Positions 8,725 through 17,204 of a DNA stretch of 32,864 bases are shown here, in pieces; the stretch's first letter is position 1, and each line of letters begins with the position of its first letter. Made by a program: the position numbers and the translations under genes. This stretch comes from Ilumatobacteraceae bacterium (lineage in GTDB: Bacteria > Actinomycetota > Acidimicrobiia > Acidimicrobiales > Ilumatobacteraceae), in the NCBI GenBank assembly GCA_036403055.1, contig DASWRR010000056.1:1-32864 (forward strand). The letters are read 5' to 3'. The notes beneath the pieces are model-generated. The model was given only the letters and a program-made list of their open reading frames with translations. It was not told the origin of the DNA and made no database searches.

Positions 8725-11103
8725 TCAGGACTCGCGGTTGCGCTGCGCCTGTTGCAGCAGCTCGAACTCTTCCACGGTCATCAGCACGGCGCGGGCCTTC
8801 GAGCCTTCGCTGGGACCGACCACGCCACTTTGCTCGAGCAGGTCCATGATCCGACCCGCTCGGGCGAAACCCACCTTCAACTTGCGCTGCAACATCGAGG
8901 TCGACCCGAGCTGACTGCGCACCACCAGTTCCATCGCCTGGCGCATCAGCGTGTCGTCCTCGTCGTCGTCGTCGCTGCTGCCGAACAGGTTGTTGCCGCC
9001 GGCGTGATCCTCTTCTCCCTCGACACCACTGACGTAGACGACCTCTGGAGCCTGGCGCCGCCAGTGAGCGACGACCTTGCGCACTTCCTCCTCGCTGACG
9101 AACGAACCCTGGATTCGCTGCGAGACGTTGGAGTTGCCGGGCAGGAGCAACATGTCGCCCTTGCCGACCAGCTTCTCGGCGCCGGGTTGATCGAGGATGA
9201 CGCGGCTGTCCGTGAGACTGTTGACCGCATATGCCGCGCGTGCCGGGATGTTGGCCTTGATGACGCCGGTGATCACGTTGACGGACGGGCGTTGCGTCGC
9301 GACGATGAGGTGCACACCGACCGCACGAGCCTTCTGCGCGATCCGGGTGATGCTCTCCTCGACGTCGCGCGCCGCCACCATCATCAGGTCGTTGAGCTCG
9401 TCGACGATGATCACGATGTACGGCAGCCGTTCGAAGAGACGGTCGGAGCCGGGCTCCGGCTTGAGCTCGCCGCGATCGAACGCCGCGTTGTAGCCGGTGA
9501 TGTCGCGGAAGCCGACCTCGAACAGCAGGTCGTATCGCCGTTCCATCTCCTTGACCGCCCAACCCAACGCGTTCGCCGCCTTCTTCGGGTTCGTCACCGG
9601 CTGGGTCAGCAGGTGCGGTAAGCGGTTGTATTGACCCATCTCGACCTGCTTGGGGTCGATCAGGATCATGCGCACCTGGTCGGGCGTGCTGCGCATGAGG
9701 ATCGAGGTCAGGATGCAGTTGAGACCACTCGACTTGCCGGCGCCCGTGGTGCCGGCAATCAGCAGGTGTGGCGTCGTTGCAAGGTTGAGGAACACCGACC
9801 TGCCGGCGATGTCCTTGCCGATCGCGACATCGAGTGGGTGCGTCGCAGTCTTCGCTTCGGACGACGCCATGATGTCGCCGAGGCTGACGAGCTGGCGGGT
9901 GTGGTTCGGCACCTCGACGCCGATGGCCGTGCGGCCCGGGATCGGGGCGAGGATGCGGACGTCGGTCGCTGCCATCGCATACGCGATGTCGCGGTTGAGG
10001 CTGGTGACCCTCGCGACTTTGACCCCGGAGCCGAGCTCCAGTTCGTAGCGCGTCACGGTCGGCCCGACGGTCTGGCCGAGCAACTTCGTCTCGACGCCGT
10101 GGGACGTGAGCGCGTCGACGAGCGTGCGCCCGCGCGCCTCGACCTCGGCCTTGTTGATGGTCTGCTGCGTCGAGCGGTTGAGGTAGTTGGCCTGCGGCAG
10201 CACCCACTGACCTCGTCGTGCGCCGGGTCCGAGCTCGAGTTCCGACTGCTCGACCAGTCCTGGATCGAGACTGCCGGGTGGCGGCAACGCACGCGCCAAC
10301 TTCGGCTTGCGCGGTTTGGCGGGCTCGTCCCAGTCGTCGTCGAGCGCAGCGTCGTACAGCGTCGGCATCGGCAACTCGCCTGACGGTTGCCGATCGCTCT
10401 TCAACGTCGACATGTTGCCGAACGCGGTCCGCGCCTTGCGCCCGATCGGCACAGCAACCGCGCCGACACCTTTCCCGGTGTGCGCCAACATCGTCCGCAG
10501 TGATGCGCCGGTCAGCACGAGGGCACCGCCGACGCCCGCAGCGACCAGCACGACAATCGCACCGCCGGATGCGATCAGGCTGCGGAGCGGTTCACCGACG
10601 AGTGCGCCGATCCAACCGCCGGCACGACCGAGCGTGTCGAAGTTGGCCATGATCTTCTCCGGGCCGCGCACGACGTGCAGCAACCCGAGCATCGACAGGC
10701 CGAGCAACCCCCAACCGATCGCCAGCCGGAATCGGCGCATGCTCTGGCCGCGGCCGACCAACGCCGCGCCGATCGCGATGAGCGCGACAGGAACGACGAA
10801 CCTGCCGAGCCCCGTCAACCACCCGACGACGGTCTCGACGCCACGGCCGAGGGGACCGGCCAGGTTGAGGTAGATCGCCAGACCGAGGAGCACACCCGCG
10901 GCGATGAACCCGATGCCGGCGAACTCGTGCTCGCGTCCCTCGATCGCTTCACGGAACTCTGCCGATGCTTGGCCGCGCCGCGAGGGCGTCGTACCAGACG
11001 GCGCCGACGACGCCGACTTGGACGACGGAACCGTCTTGGTCGGCGGCCGCTTTGCGGTGGTCGTTGACCTCGACCGCTTCTTGGGTTGACCCCACGTCGT
11101 CAT
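8725..11103 (-). CDS. ftsK: DNA translocase FtsK/SpoIIIE
   Basis: Basic N-terminus, membrane helices and a linker, then a motor domain with Walker A GTTGAGKSS. The C-terminal winged-helix gamma domain is present (STSMLQRKLKVGFARAGRIMDLLE). ATG 11103 is the first start downstream of the preceding lipoprotein gene's stop. Confidence 0.92.
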   Translation of the reverse strand: MTTWGQPKKRSRSTTTAKRPPTKTVPSSKSASSAPSGTTPSRRGQASAEFREAIEGREHEFAGIGFIAAGVLLGLAIYLNLAGPLGRGVETVVGWLTGLGRFVVPVALIAIGAALVGRGQSMRRFRLAIGWGLLGLSMLGLLHVVRGPEKIMANFDTLGRAGGWIGALVGEPLRSLIASGGAIVVLVAAGVGGALVLTGASLRTMLAHTGKGVGAVAVPIGRKARTAFGNMSTLKSDRQPSGELPMPTLYDAALDDDWDEPAKPRKPKLARALPPPGSLDPGLVEQSELELGPGARRGQWVLPQANYLNRSTQQTINKAEVEARGRTLVDALTSHGVETKLLGQTVGPTVTRYELELGSGVKVARVTSLNRDIAYAMAATDVRILAPIPGRTAIGVEVPNHTRQLVSLGDIMASSEAKTATHPLDVAIGKDIAGRSVFLNLATTPHLLIAGTTGAGKSSGLNCILTSILMRSTPDQVRMILIDPKQVEMGQYNRLPHLLTQPVTNPKKAANALGWAVKEMERRYDLLFEVGFRDITGYNAAFDRGELKPEPGSDRLFERLPYIVIIVDELNDLMMVAARDVEESITRIAQKARAVGVHLIVATQRPSVNVITGVIKANIPARAAYAVNSLTDSRVILDQPGAEKLVGKGDMLLLPGNSNVSQRIQGSFVSEEEVRKVVAHWRRQAPEVVYVSGVEGEEDHAGGNNLFGSSDDDDEDDTLMRQAMELVVRSQLGSTSMLQRKLKVGFARAGRIMDLLEQSGVVGPSEGSKARAVLMTVEEFELLQQAQRNRES

Positions 11104-11149
11104 AGAGGGTCCAACGGTACCAAGGGGGTGCAGTTGAAACGGGGCACTG

Positions 11150-11695
11150 TCAGCCGGGATCGACGGATTGGATCGTGCCGTCCGGCCCGACGACCACGAC
11201 CAACTGTCCTCCTTGCGAGGAAGTGATCGCAACGCTGTAGCGCACGATGCCACCCTGTCCACCCTCGATGAAGAACAGATCAGGGCTCGAGTTCGGTAGC
11301 TCGGCCTGCAACTTGCTGAGCACCTTGTCCGGATCGAAGGTCAGCGCTGACGAAGCGAAGCTGAAGCCGTTCGCGTCGCCGGCATCCGTCGACGACAACG
11401 TGCCATCGAGGTACACCCACGGTTGCGCGACCTTGTCGTCGTTCAGCGACACGATCAGGTTCACGAGGCTTGCCGTCGCGTTGATCTCGAAGAACCGCTG
11501 CGGAGCACCGAGCTTCGTCTCCAGAGCGGACACTGCCGTCTTGATGAGATCGACGCGCGGCAACGCCTTCGGTGCCGCGACACTCGTCGAGGTGGACGAC
11601 TGGGTCGAGTCGGATGCGCCACTCCCGCTGCACCCCGCGAGCAAGAGCAGCGCAGCCGTCAGGAGGCGCGCAACCGCGACGCGCTTTCGCACCAC
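11150..11695 (-). CDS. Hypothetical lipoprotein
   Basis: Signal peptide with a lipobox (LLLLAGC, Cys22) followed by a Ser/Thr-rich linker. No recognisable catalytic motif. Confidence 0.7.
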   Translation of the reverse strand: MVRKRVAVARLLTAALLLLAGCSGSGASDSTQSSTSTSVAAPKALPRVDLIKTAVSALETKLGAPQRFFEINATASLVNLIVSLNDDKVAQPWVYLDGTLSSTDAGDANGFSFASSALTFDPDKVLSKLQAELPNSSPDLFFIEGGQGGIVRYSVAITSSQGGQLVVVVGPDGTIQSVDPG

Positions 11696-11702
11696 GACCG
11701 GC

Positions 11703-13364
11703 TCACGCCTCCATGACGACGGGGACGATCATCGGCCGTCGCTTCGTGCGCTCGTTGACGAACTTGCCGGCAGCCCGCCGGACGTCGCGCTCCAACGCGT
11801 CGACGTCGCGGACGCCGGCGGCAAGTGTCTTCTCGACCGCGTCGGAGACCGCATCGCACGCCTCGTCGAGCAGATCCTCCGCCTCAGGTGCATAGACCCA
11901 GCCGCGTGTGATGATCTCCGGGCCGACGAGCACCTTGCCGGTCTCGATGTCGACCGTCACGACCACGACGACGACACCTTCTTCGGCGAGGACCTTGCGG
12001 TCGCGCAGCACACCCTGGCCGACATCGCCGACGATCCCGTCGACGTAGAGGTAGCCGGCGGGCACCCGTCCGGTGGCCTGCAGGCCGTCGTCACTGAGCG
12101 TCAGGACATCGCCGTCCTCGCACACGAGCACGTGGTCGCGTGGTACGCCCATCAGATAGCCGAGCTTGGCATTCGCGACCATGTGGCGGTACTCGCCGTG
12201 GATCGGCACGAAGAAATCAGGTGTCGTCAACGACAGGTACGTCTTCAGCTCGTCGGCCTGCGCGTGACCGGTCGCGTGCACGTCCGCGACGCCGGAGTGG
12301 ATGACCTGGGCACCGGCACGCAACAGACCGTCGATGACACGGTTGACGTTGCTCTCGTTGCCGGGGATCGCATGGCTCGACAAGATCACGGTGTCGGTCT
12401 CGCCGATCTTGACCCACTTGTTCTCGCCCCGACCGAGCAACGCGAGCGCCGACATCGGCTCACCCTGCGACCCGGTCGAGATCACGCAGACCTTGCCAGG
12501 CGGGTAGTCGTTGATGTCGTCGATGTCGACGAGCGACTTGTCGGGGATCTTCACGACGCCGAGATCGCGACCCATCCTGACGTTCTTCTTCATGCTGAGA
12601 CCGAGTGTCGCGACGACGCGGCCCTCGGCGATCGCTGCATCGGCGATCTGTTGAATGCGGTGCAGGTGACTGGCGAAGCTCGCGGTGATGATGCGCTGTC
12701 CGCGCTGCTCCGCGAACAGCGAGCGCAGCACTGCGCCGATGCTCGTCTCCGACGGGGCGTGGCCGGCTTCCTCCGCGTTCGTGGAGTCAGCGAGCAACAA
12801 CCGGATCCCCTCGTTCGACGCGATCGAGCCGATCCTCGCGAGGTCGGTGCGCCGGCCGTCGACCGGTGTGAGGTCGAGCTTGAAGTCGCCCGAGTGGAGG
12901 ATCACGCCTTGCGGGGTGTGGATCGCGATCGCGTGTGCGTGCGGCACCGAGTGGGTCACAGGAATGAACTCGACGTCGAACGGTCCGATCATCCGGCGCT
13001 CGCCGTCGGCGACGACGACCAACTCCGTCTTGCCCAACAACCCCGCCTCTTCGATGCGGTTGCGGGCGAGGCCAAGCGTCACGGCGGATCCAAAGATCGG
13101 GAAGCTCAATTCGCGCAGCAGGTAGTGCAGCGCGCCGACGTGGTCCTCGTGCCCGTGCGTCGCGACCACGCCCTCGATGCGGTCGGCGTTCTCGCGCAGC
13201 CACGTGAAGTCGGGCAGCACCAAGTCGATCCCGTGCATGTCTGCATCGGGGAACATCAAGCCGCAATCGATCAGCAGGATGCGCCCTTGCTGCTCGATCG
13301 CCATGCAGTTGCGGCCGATCTCGCCGAGACCGCCGAGGAAGATGACGCGGACGGAATCAGCCAT
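11703..13364 (-). CDS. rnj: Ribonuclease J
   Basis: MBL/beta-CASP architecture. It begins VRVIFLGGLGEIGRNCMAIE, carries HGHEDHVGAL, and has RNase J length (553 aa). Confidence 0.93.
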   Translation of the reverse strand: MADSVRVIFLGGLGEIGRNCMAIEQQGRILLIDCGLMFPDADMHGIDLVLPDFTWLRENADRIEGVVATHGHEDHVGALHYLLRELSFPIFGSAVTLGLARNRIEEAGLLGKTELVVVADGERRMIGPFDVEFIPVTHSVPHAHAIAIHTPQGVILHSGDFKLDLTPVDGRRTDLARIGSIASNEGIRLLLADSTNAEEAGHAPSETSIGAVLRSLFAEQRGQRIITASFASHLHRIQQIADAAIAEGRVVATLGLSMKKNVRMGRDLGVVKIPDKSLVDIDDINDYPPGKVCVISTGSQGEPMSALALLGRGENKWVKIGETDTVILSSHAIPGNESNVNRVIDGLLRAGAQVIHSGVADVHATGHAQADELKTYLSLTTPDFFVPIHGEYRHMVANAKLGYLMGVPRDHVLVCEDGDVLTLSDDGLQATGRVPAGYLYVDGIVGDVGQGVLRDRKVLAEEGVVVVVVTVDIETGKVLVGPEIITRGWVYAPEAEDLLDEACDAVSDAVEKTLAAGVRDVDALERDVRRAAGKFVNERTKRRPMIVPVVMEA

Positions 13365-13393
13365 CGGTGGGCACCGTTAGCACCACAGCAGCA

Positions 13394-14305
13394 TCACAAT
13401 GGACGGTCGGGGAAGGCATCTCGCCATCGTTGCAGGTTGCCCCACACCTCGGGGGCACGCGCCTCGACGAACGCCGGAGCGGCACCCATGGGCAGCCGCG
13501 CCTGGCCGACAGCGAGCCCCAGGTGGCGCATCATCGCCTTCGTGGGAATGGGGTTCGGGGCATCGTCGCCGGTTTCGAACGCGAAGCTCTCCAACATTCG
13601 GCTGTTGACGAGCCTGGCCCCCTCGGTGTCGCCCTTCTCCCACAGATCGAACATCTCCTGGTGATCCTCACCCGTCCAGTGCGTCGCGACACCAATCGTG
13701 CCGACGACGCCACTGGCGAGCAACGGCAACGTCATCACGTCGTCGCCGCTGTACGCCTCGCATCCGACGGGGAGTGAGCTGATCAACGCGGCCGTCTCGC
13801 CAGGGTTTGCGGCGGCATCTTTCAATCCGACGATGTTCGGCACCTCGCGGAACAATCGCAAGAGCGTCGACGTCGCGATCTTGCGGCCGCTACGGATCGG
13901 AATGTCGTAGACGATCACTGGGAGATCGGAGGCCGTCGCGATCGCGCGCATGTGCGCCTCGATCCCTGTCTGCGACGGTCGGTTGTAGTACGGGCACACG
14001 GCGAGGATGCCGTCGGCACCGAGGGCCTTGGCCTCCTTCGTCAGATGAACAGAGTGCCGCGTGTCGTACGTTCCGGTGCCGGCGATGACGGGGATGGTCA
14101 CGGTCTCGATCACCGCGGCCAACAGCGCGAGGCGCTCGTCGTCGTCGAGTGTCGGCGCTTCGCCGGTGGTGCCCGCGATCACCAGGCCGTCGTTGCCATG
14201 GTCCTGCAGATGACGAGCCAGCACCTTTGCGGCGTCGAGATCGAGCTCGCCGTCCTCGTCGAATGGGGTCACCATCGCGCTGAGCACGCGTCCGAATCGA
14301 GCCAT
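13394..14305 (-). CDS. dapA: 4-hydroxy-tetrahydrodipicolinate synthase
   Basis: MARFGRVLSAMVTPFDEDGELD...VIAGTTGEAPTL...YNRPSQ is characteristic of DapA. The upstream part of the 921-aa ORF is antisense to the next two genes and is rejected. Confidence 0.92.
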   Translation of the reverse strand: MARFGRVLSAMVTPFDEDGELDLDAAKVLARHLQDHGNDGLVIAGTTGEAPTLDDDERLALLAAVIETVTIPVIAGTGTYDTRHSVHLTKEAKALGADGILAVCPYYNRPSQTGIEAHMRAIATASDLPVIVYDIPIRSGRKIATSTLLRLFREVPNIVGLKDAAANPGETAALISSLPVGCEAYSGDDVMTLPLLASGVVGTIGVATHWTGEDHQEMFDLWEKGDTEGARLVNSRMLESFAFETGDDAPNPIPTKAMMRHLGLAVGQARLPMGAAPAFVEARAPEVWGNLQRWRDAFPDRPL

Positions 14306-14350
14306 GGCCCTAATGGTAGATGACCCGCGAGGCACGGTTACGGTCGATTC

Positions 14351-15106
14351 ATGAAGCTCTGGGCGTTGCACTGCGGAGACCTGCACACCGACGTCAGCGG
14401 GCTTGTGAGTGGCGAACGGAACGGCGTGATGGGTGATGTGCCGGTGATGTGCTTCGCCGTCGACACCGGTGATGGCGTCGTGGTGTTCGACACTGGGGTG
14501 CACGAAGCATGCTGCGGTCCCGATCCCGCTGCCCATTTCGGCGCGATGCTGATGATGTTCGAGCTTCGTTGCCCGCGTCACGCATTGGTCGACGAACGGC
14601 TGCGGCAAGCGGGACACGATGTCGATGAAGTTCGGTGGGTGGTGAATTCGCATCTCCACTTCGATCACGCCGGGCGGAACGCAGCGTTTCCCGCCGCGAC
14701 GCAGTACGTGCGCGCTCGCGAGTTGGACTGGGCACGGACGCGGGTGCACAAGCCGAGCGGTGTGCTCGCCGGCGACCTCGCAGGACTGTCCGCCGGCGCG
14801 TGGGACTACGACGACGTCTTCGATCTCGCGCCAGGCGTGCGCCTCGTCGCCACGCCGGGCCACACCCCGGGTCATCAGGCCATGGTCGTTTCGTTCCTCG
14901 ATGGCAGGACCTTCGTGAGCGCGGGTGATGCGGCGTACACGTTGCAAGCCGTGATGGAGCACCGGCCCACCGGCCGGCCGACGAACAACGAGGAAGCGAT
15001 CGAGAGCCTCGTACTGCTCACGGCGCTCGACGCGGAGATCCTGACCTCGCACGACATCGATCAATGGCGAGACGTCCCGGAGGCTGCGCTCGTCCACTCC
15101 GCCTGA
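14351..15106 (+). CDS. MBL-fold metallo-hydrolase, N-acyl-homoserine-lactonase-like family
   Basis: HxHxDH zinc motif (NSHLHFDHAGRN), a downstream TPGHTPGH, and an AiiA-like N-terminus (MKLWALHCGDL...). The substrate is unproven. Confidence 0.8.
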   Translation: MKLWALHCGDLHTDVSGLVSGERNGVMGDVPVMCFAVDTGDGVVVFDTGVHEACCGPDPAAHFGAMLMMFELRCPRHALVDERLRQAGHDVDEVRWVVNSHLHFDHAGRNAAFPAATQYVRARELDWARTRVHKPSGVLAGDLAGLSAGAWDYDDVFDLAPGVRLVATPGHTPGHQAMVVSFLDGRTFVSAGDAAYTLQAVMEHRPTGRPTNNEEAIESLVLLTALDAEILTSHDIDQWRDVPEAALVHSA

Positions 15107-15130
15107 CGCACGGCGTGTCAGGCTGGCGCG

Positions 15131-16300
15131 ATGAAGGTCCTCGTCACGTCGACGCCCGGCAAAGGCCACCTCGGCATCCTGCTGCCACTGATGGCCGCGC
15201 TTCGCGCGGCGGGTCACCAGCTGCTGACGGTCACCGCCGCTGAGTCGTGCGAATCCGTCAGGGGCGCCGGTTTCGACGTCCGCGAGGGCGGGCTCTCGTC
15301 CGACGACCGCCGTGCGTCCTTCGAGACACGGATGCCGGAGGCGATGGCATTGCCACCGCGACGCCGCCGCGGTCTGTTCTTCGCCGGCTTCTTCGCCGAT
15401 GGCGCCGCACCCGTGATGCGACAGGCGCTGCTGCCGGTGTTCGACGAGTTCCGGCCCGACGTCGTGGTCAGCGAACGAGGCGAGCTCGCTGCGACCCCGA
15501 TCGCCGCCGCCCGCGGCATTCCACACGCCGTTGTCGCCTTCAGCGGCGCGCTCCCCGACTGGTCGGACGAGTTGGTCATCGACAGCATCGCGCCCGTGTG
15601 GGCCGCTGAAGGTCTGGCGCGGCCGACGATGGCACAGCTGAACGGTGACGTGTATCTGCATCCGTTCCCGCCCGCGTTCGGGCAGTCGCCGGCAAGCGGA
15701 ACGGTCCGACCGATGCGCGCGACTCCGGCTCCGGATCCCGCCGCGACAGCACCGGATTGGCTCGACGCGCTCGGCCGCACGCGACCGCTGATCTATCTCA
15801 CCGGCGGGACAGAGCCTGCAGCCGCACGAGCACCATGGCAGGCCGCGATGGAGGCGCTCGGCGACCTCGATGTCGATGTGGTCGCGACGATCGGGACGCG
15901 CGTCGACCCGTCGTTGCTCGGTGAGATCCCACCGAACGTCCGCGTGGAGCGATTCGTGCCGCAGCACTTCGTGTTCGAGCGGGCATCGCTGTCGATGTCC
16001 CATGCCGGCGCCGGATCGCTCCTCGGCGCCGCCGGCAGCGGTCTGCCACATGTGCTGTTCCCGTCCTTCGCCGATCAGTGGGAGAACGCGGACGCGGCGT
16101 CCTCTGCCGAGGTCGCGGTCACGCTCGAGGTGGACCAGCGATCGTCCGAGGCGATCCACGCCGCAGTCTCTGGTGTGCTTCGCGAGGAATCGTTCAAGGA
16201 CACCGCCTCGCGCGTTGCCGAAGAGATCGCGGCGATGCCGTCACCGCACGATCACGTCGCGACGATCGAGGCGCTCTCGATCGCAGGGCCGTCCGGCTGA
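15131..16300 (+). CDS. GT1-family glycosyltransferase (UDP-glycosyltransferase/MGT-like)
   Basis: N-terminal MKVLVTSTPGKGHLGILLPLMAAL (GT-B acceptor domain) and a C-terminal donor motif region (HAGAGSLLGAAGSGLPHVLFPSFADQ). Confidence 0.82.
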   Translation: MKVLVTSTPGKGHLGILLPLMAALRAAGHQLLTVTAAESCESVRGAGFDVREGGLSSDDRRASFETRMPEAMALPPRRRRGLFFAGFFADGAAPVMRQALLPVFDEFRPDVVVSERGELAATPIAAARGIPHAVVAFSGALPDWSDELVIDSIAPVWAAEGLARPTMAQLNGDVYLHPFPPAFGQSPASGTVRPMRATPAPDPAATAPDWLDALGRTRPLIYLTGGTEPAAARAPWQAAMEALGDLDVDVVATIGTRVDPSLLGEIPPNVRVERFVPQHFVFERASLSMSHAGAGSLLGAAGSGLPHVLFPSFADQWENADAASSAEVAVTLEVDQRSSEAIHAAVSGVLREESFKDTASRVAEEIAAMPSPHDHVATIEALSIAGPSG

Positions 16301-16304
16301 CGCG

Positions 16305-17093
16305 CTACTGCGGCAGGCGGGCCCACATGAGGATCCGCCGGAAGGGAAAGAAGTGCGGCTCGTGATCACCGAGCACGATCAGCAACTCCCTCTCGTAGGC
16401 CGCCACGAACGTCGCGAAGTCGTCCGGGTCGAGAACCTTCTCGAACCTCGTCAGCATCGTTCCCCGCACCCACTCGACGACGTGGCGCGTGCTCGGCAGC
16501 ACGTGCGGGTACACCTGCAAGCGGACGTGCTGACGGTCGAACCCGAGGTCGTAGAACATCTGGGCGTATTCCTCCGGCCGCAGCACGTACGCCTTGACCG
16601 GATCGATCGGCGGACCGACAGCACCGAACATCGACACGAACGGCTCTCGCTCTGCCACCATCCGAGCAACCGAGTGCGACGGCATGTCGGCATTCGCCGG
16701 AACCTGAATCGCGATCTGCCCGCCGTCGCGCAGCGCAGCGGTCCACCTCGCGATGACCGACCGATGGTCAGGTACCCATTGCAGGCTTGCCGCGGCGAGA
16801 ACGAGATCGCAATCCCGGTCGGACGTCCACGACGCGATGTCACCGAACTCGAACGTGACGCGATCCGAGGCGTGCTCACTCGTCTTGTGAATCATCGCTT
16901 GCGAGTTGTCGACGCCGATCATCTCGTCGACCGCGAGTTGTTCCGCGGCGAGCGCAGTCAGTTCACCCGGGCCACAACCGAGGTCGAACGCCTTCTTGAA
17001 CGGTGCCGGCTCGATCAAGGCGAGCAGATCATGAAAGGGCTGCGCCCGTTCGGCGGCGAATCTGCGGTATTGGTCGGGGTTCCAGTCGGGCAT
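16305..17093 (-). CDS. tam: Trans-aconitate 2-methyltransferase-like SAM-dependent methyltransferase
   Basis: MPDWNPDQYRRFAAERAQPFHDLL is the typical Tam N-terminus. The SAM motif I is DLGCGPGELT. Confidence 0.85.
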   Translation of the reverse strand: MPDWNPDQYRRFAAERAQPFHDLLALIEPAPFKKAFDLGCGPGELTALAAEQLAVDEMIGVDNSQAMIHKTSEHASDRVTFEFGDIASWTSDRDCDLVLAAASLQWVPDHRSVIARWTAALRDGGQIAIQVPANADMPSHSVARMVAEREPFVSMFGAVGPPIDPVKAYVLRPEEYAQMFYDLGFDRQHVRLQVYPHVLPSTRHVVEWVRGTMLTRFEKVLDPDDFATFVAAYERELLIVLGDHEPHFFPFRRILMWARLPQ

Positions 17094-17094
17094 A

Positions 17095-17116
17095 ACTTGT
17101 ATTGTACTTGTATTAG
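17095..17116. repeat. AT-rich 11-bp tandem direct repeat (ACTTGTATTgt / ACTTGTATTag) abutting the tam start codon
   Basis: Read directly. Copy 1 is 17095-17105 and copy 2 is 17106-17116, 9/11 identical. On the minus strand it contains TACAAT (plus 17101-17106) ending 7 nt before the tam ATG. Confidence 0.7.
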
Positions 17117-17166
17117 TCGGGCGGATGTCAAGCGATCGAGCCGTCGCCTACCCCGTCGATCGAATA

Positions 17167-17185
17167 TGGTCTGACAACCAGACCA
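17167..17185. promoter_or_regulatory. Candidate GntR/FadR-type operator (site A): TGGTCTG-ACAAC-CAGACCA
   Basis: Perfect 7-bp inverted repeat with a 5-bp spacer, ending 5 nt upstream of the AAGGAGG that precedes the GntR leader. It shares the 10-mer ATGGTCTGAC (17166-17175) with sites B and C at 29.56/29.68 kb. Confidence 0.5.
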
Positions 17186-17204
17186 GATCGAAGGAGGCGA
17201 CGTG

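Noticed and set aside
8690-10207. N-terminal extension of the 926-aa ORF that ends as rimO.
   Set aside because: It overlaps ftsK (Walker A, gamma domain) in another frame and is extremely Arg/Pro/Gly-rich. RimO homology starts at GTG 8689.
11247-13664. 805-aa ORF on the plus strand, antisense to rnj and the lipoprotein gene.
   Set aside because: The sequence is Arg/Ala/Asp-rich and motif-free, and it lies exactly opposite a gene with unmistakable RNase J motifs. Long stop-free antisense frames are expected in GC3-rich DNA.
14306-16159. Upstream 600+ codons of the 921-aa minus-strand ORF that ends as dapA.
   Set aside because: DapA homology begins at ATG 14305. The upstream part is antisense to the MBL and GT1 genes, which have clear motifs of their own, and has no recognisable domain.
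17166-17174. ATGGTCTGA, present in all three motif copies (also 29559-29567 and 29676-29684), read as a minimal start-Val-stop mini-ORF.
   Set aside because: No copy has a Shine-Dalgarno sequence in front. The palindromic symmetry extends beyond the 9 nt on both sides, so a protein-binding operator explains the conservation better.
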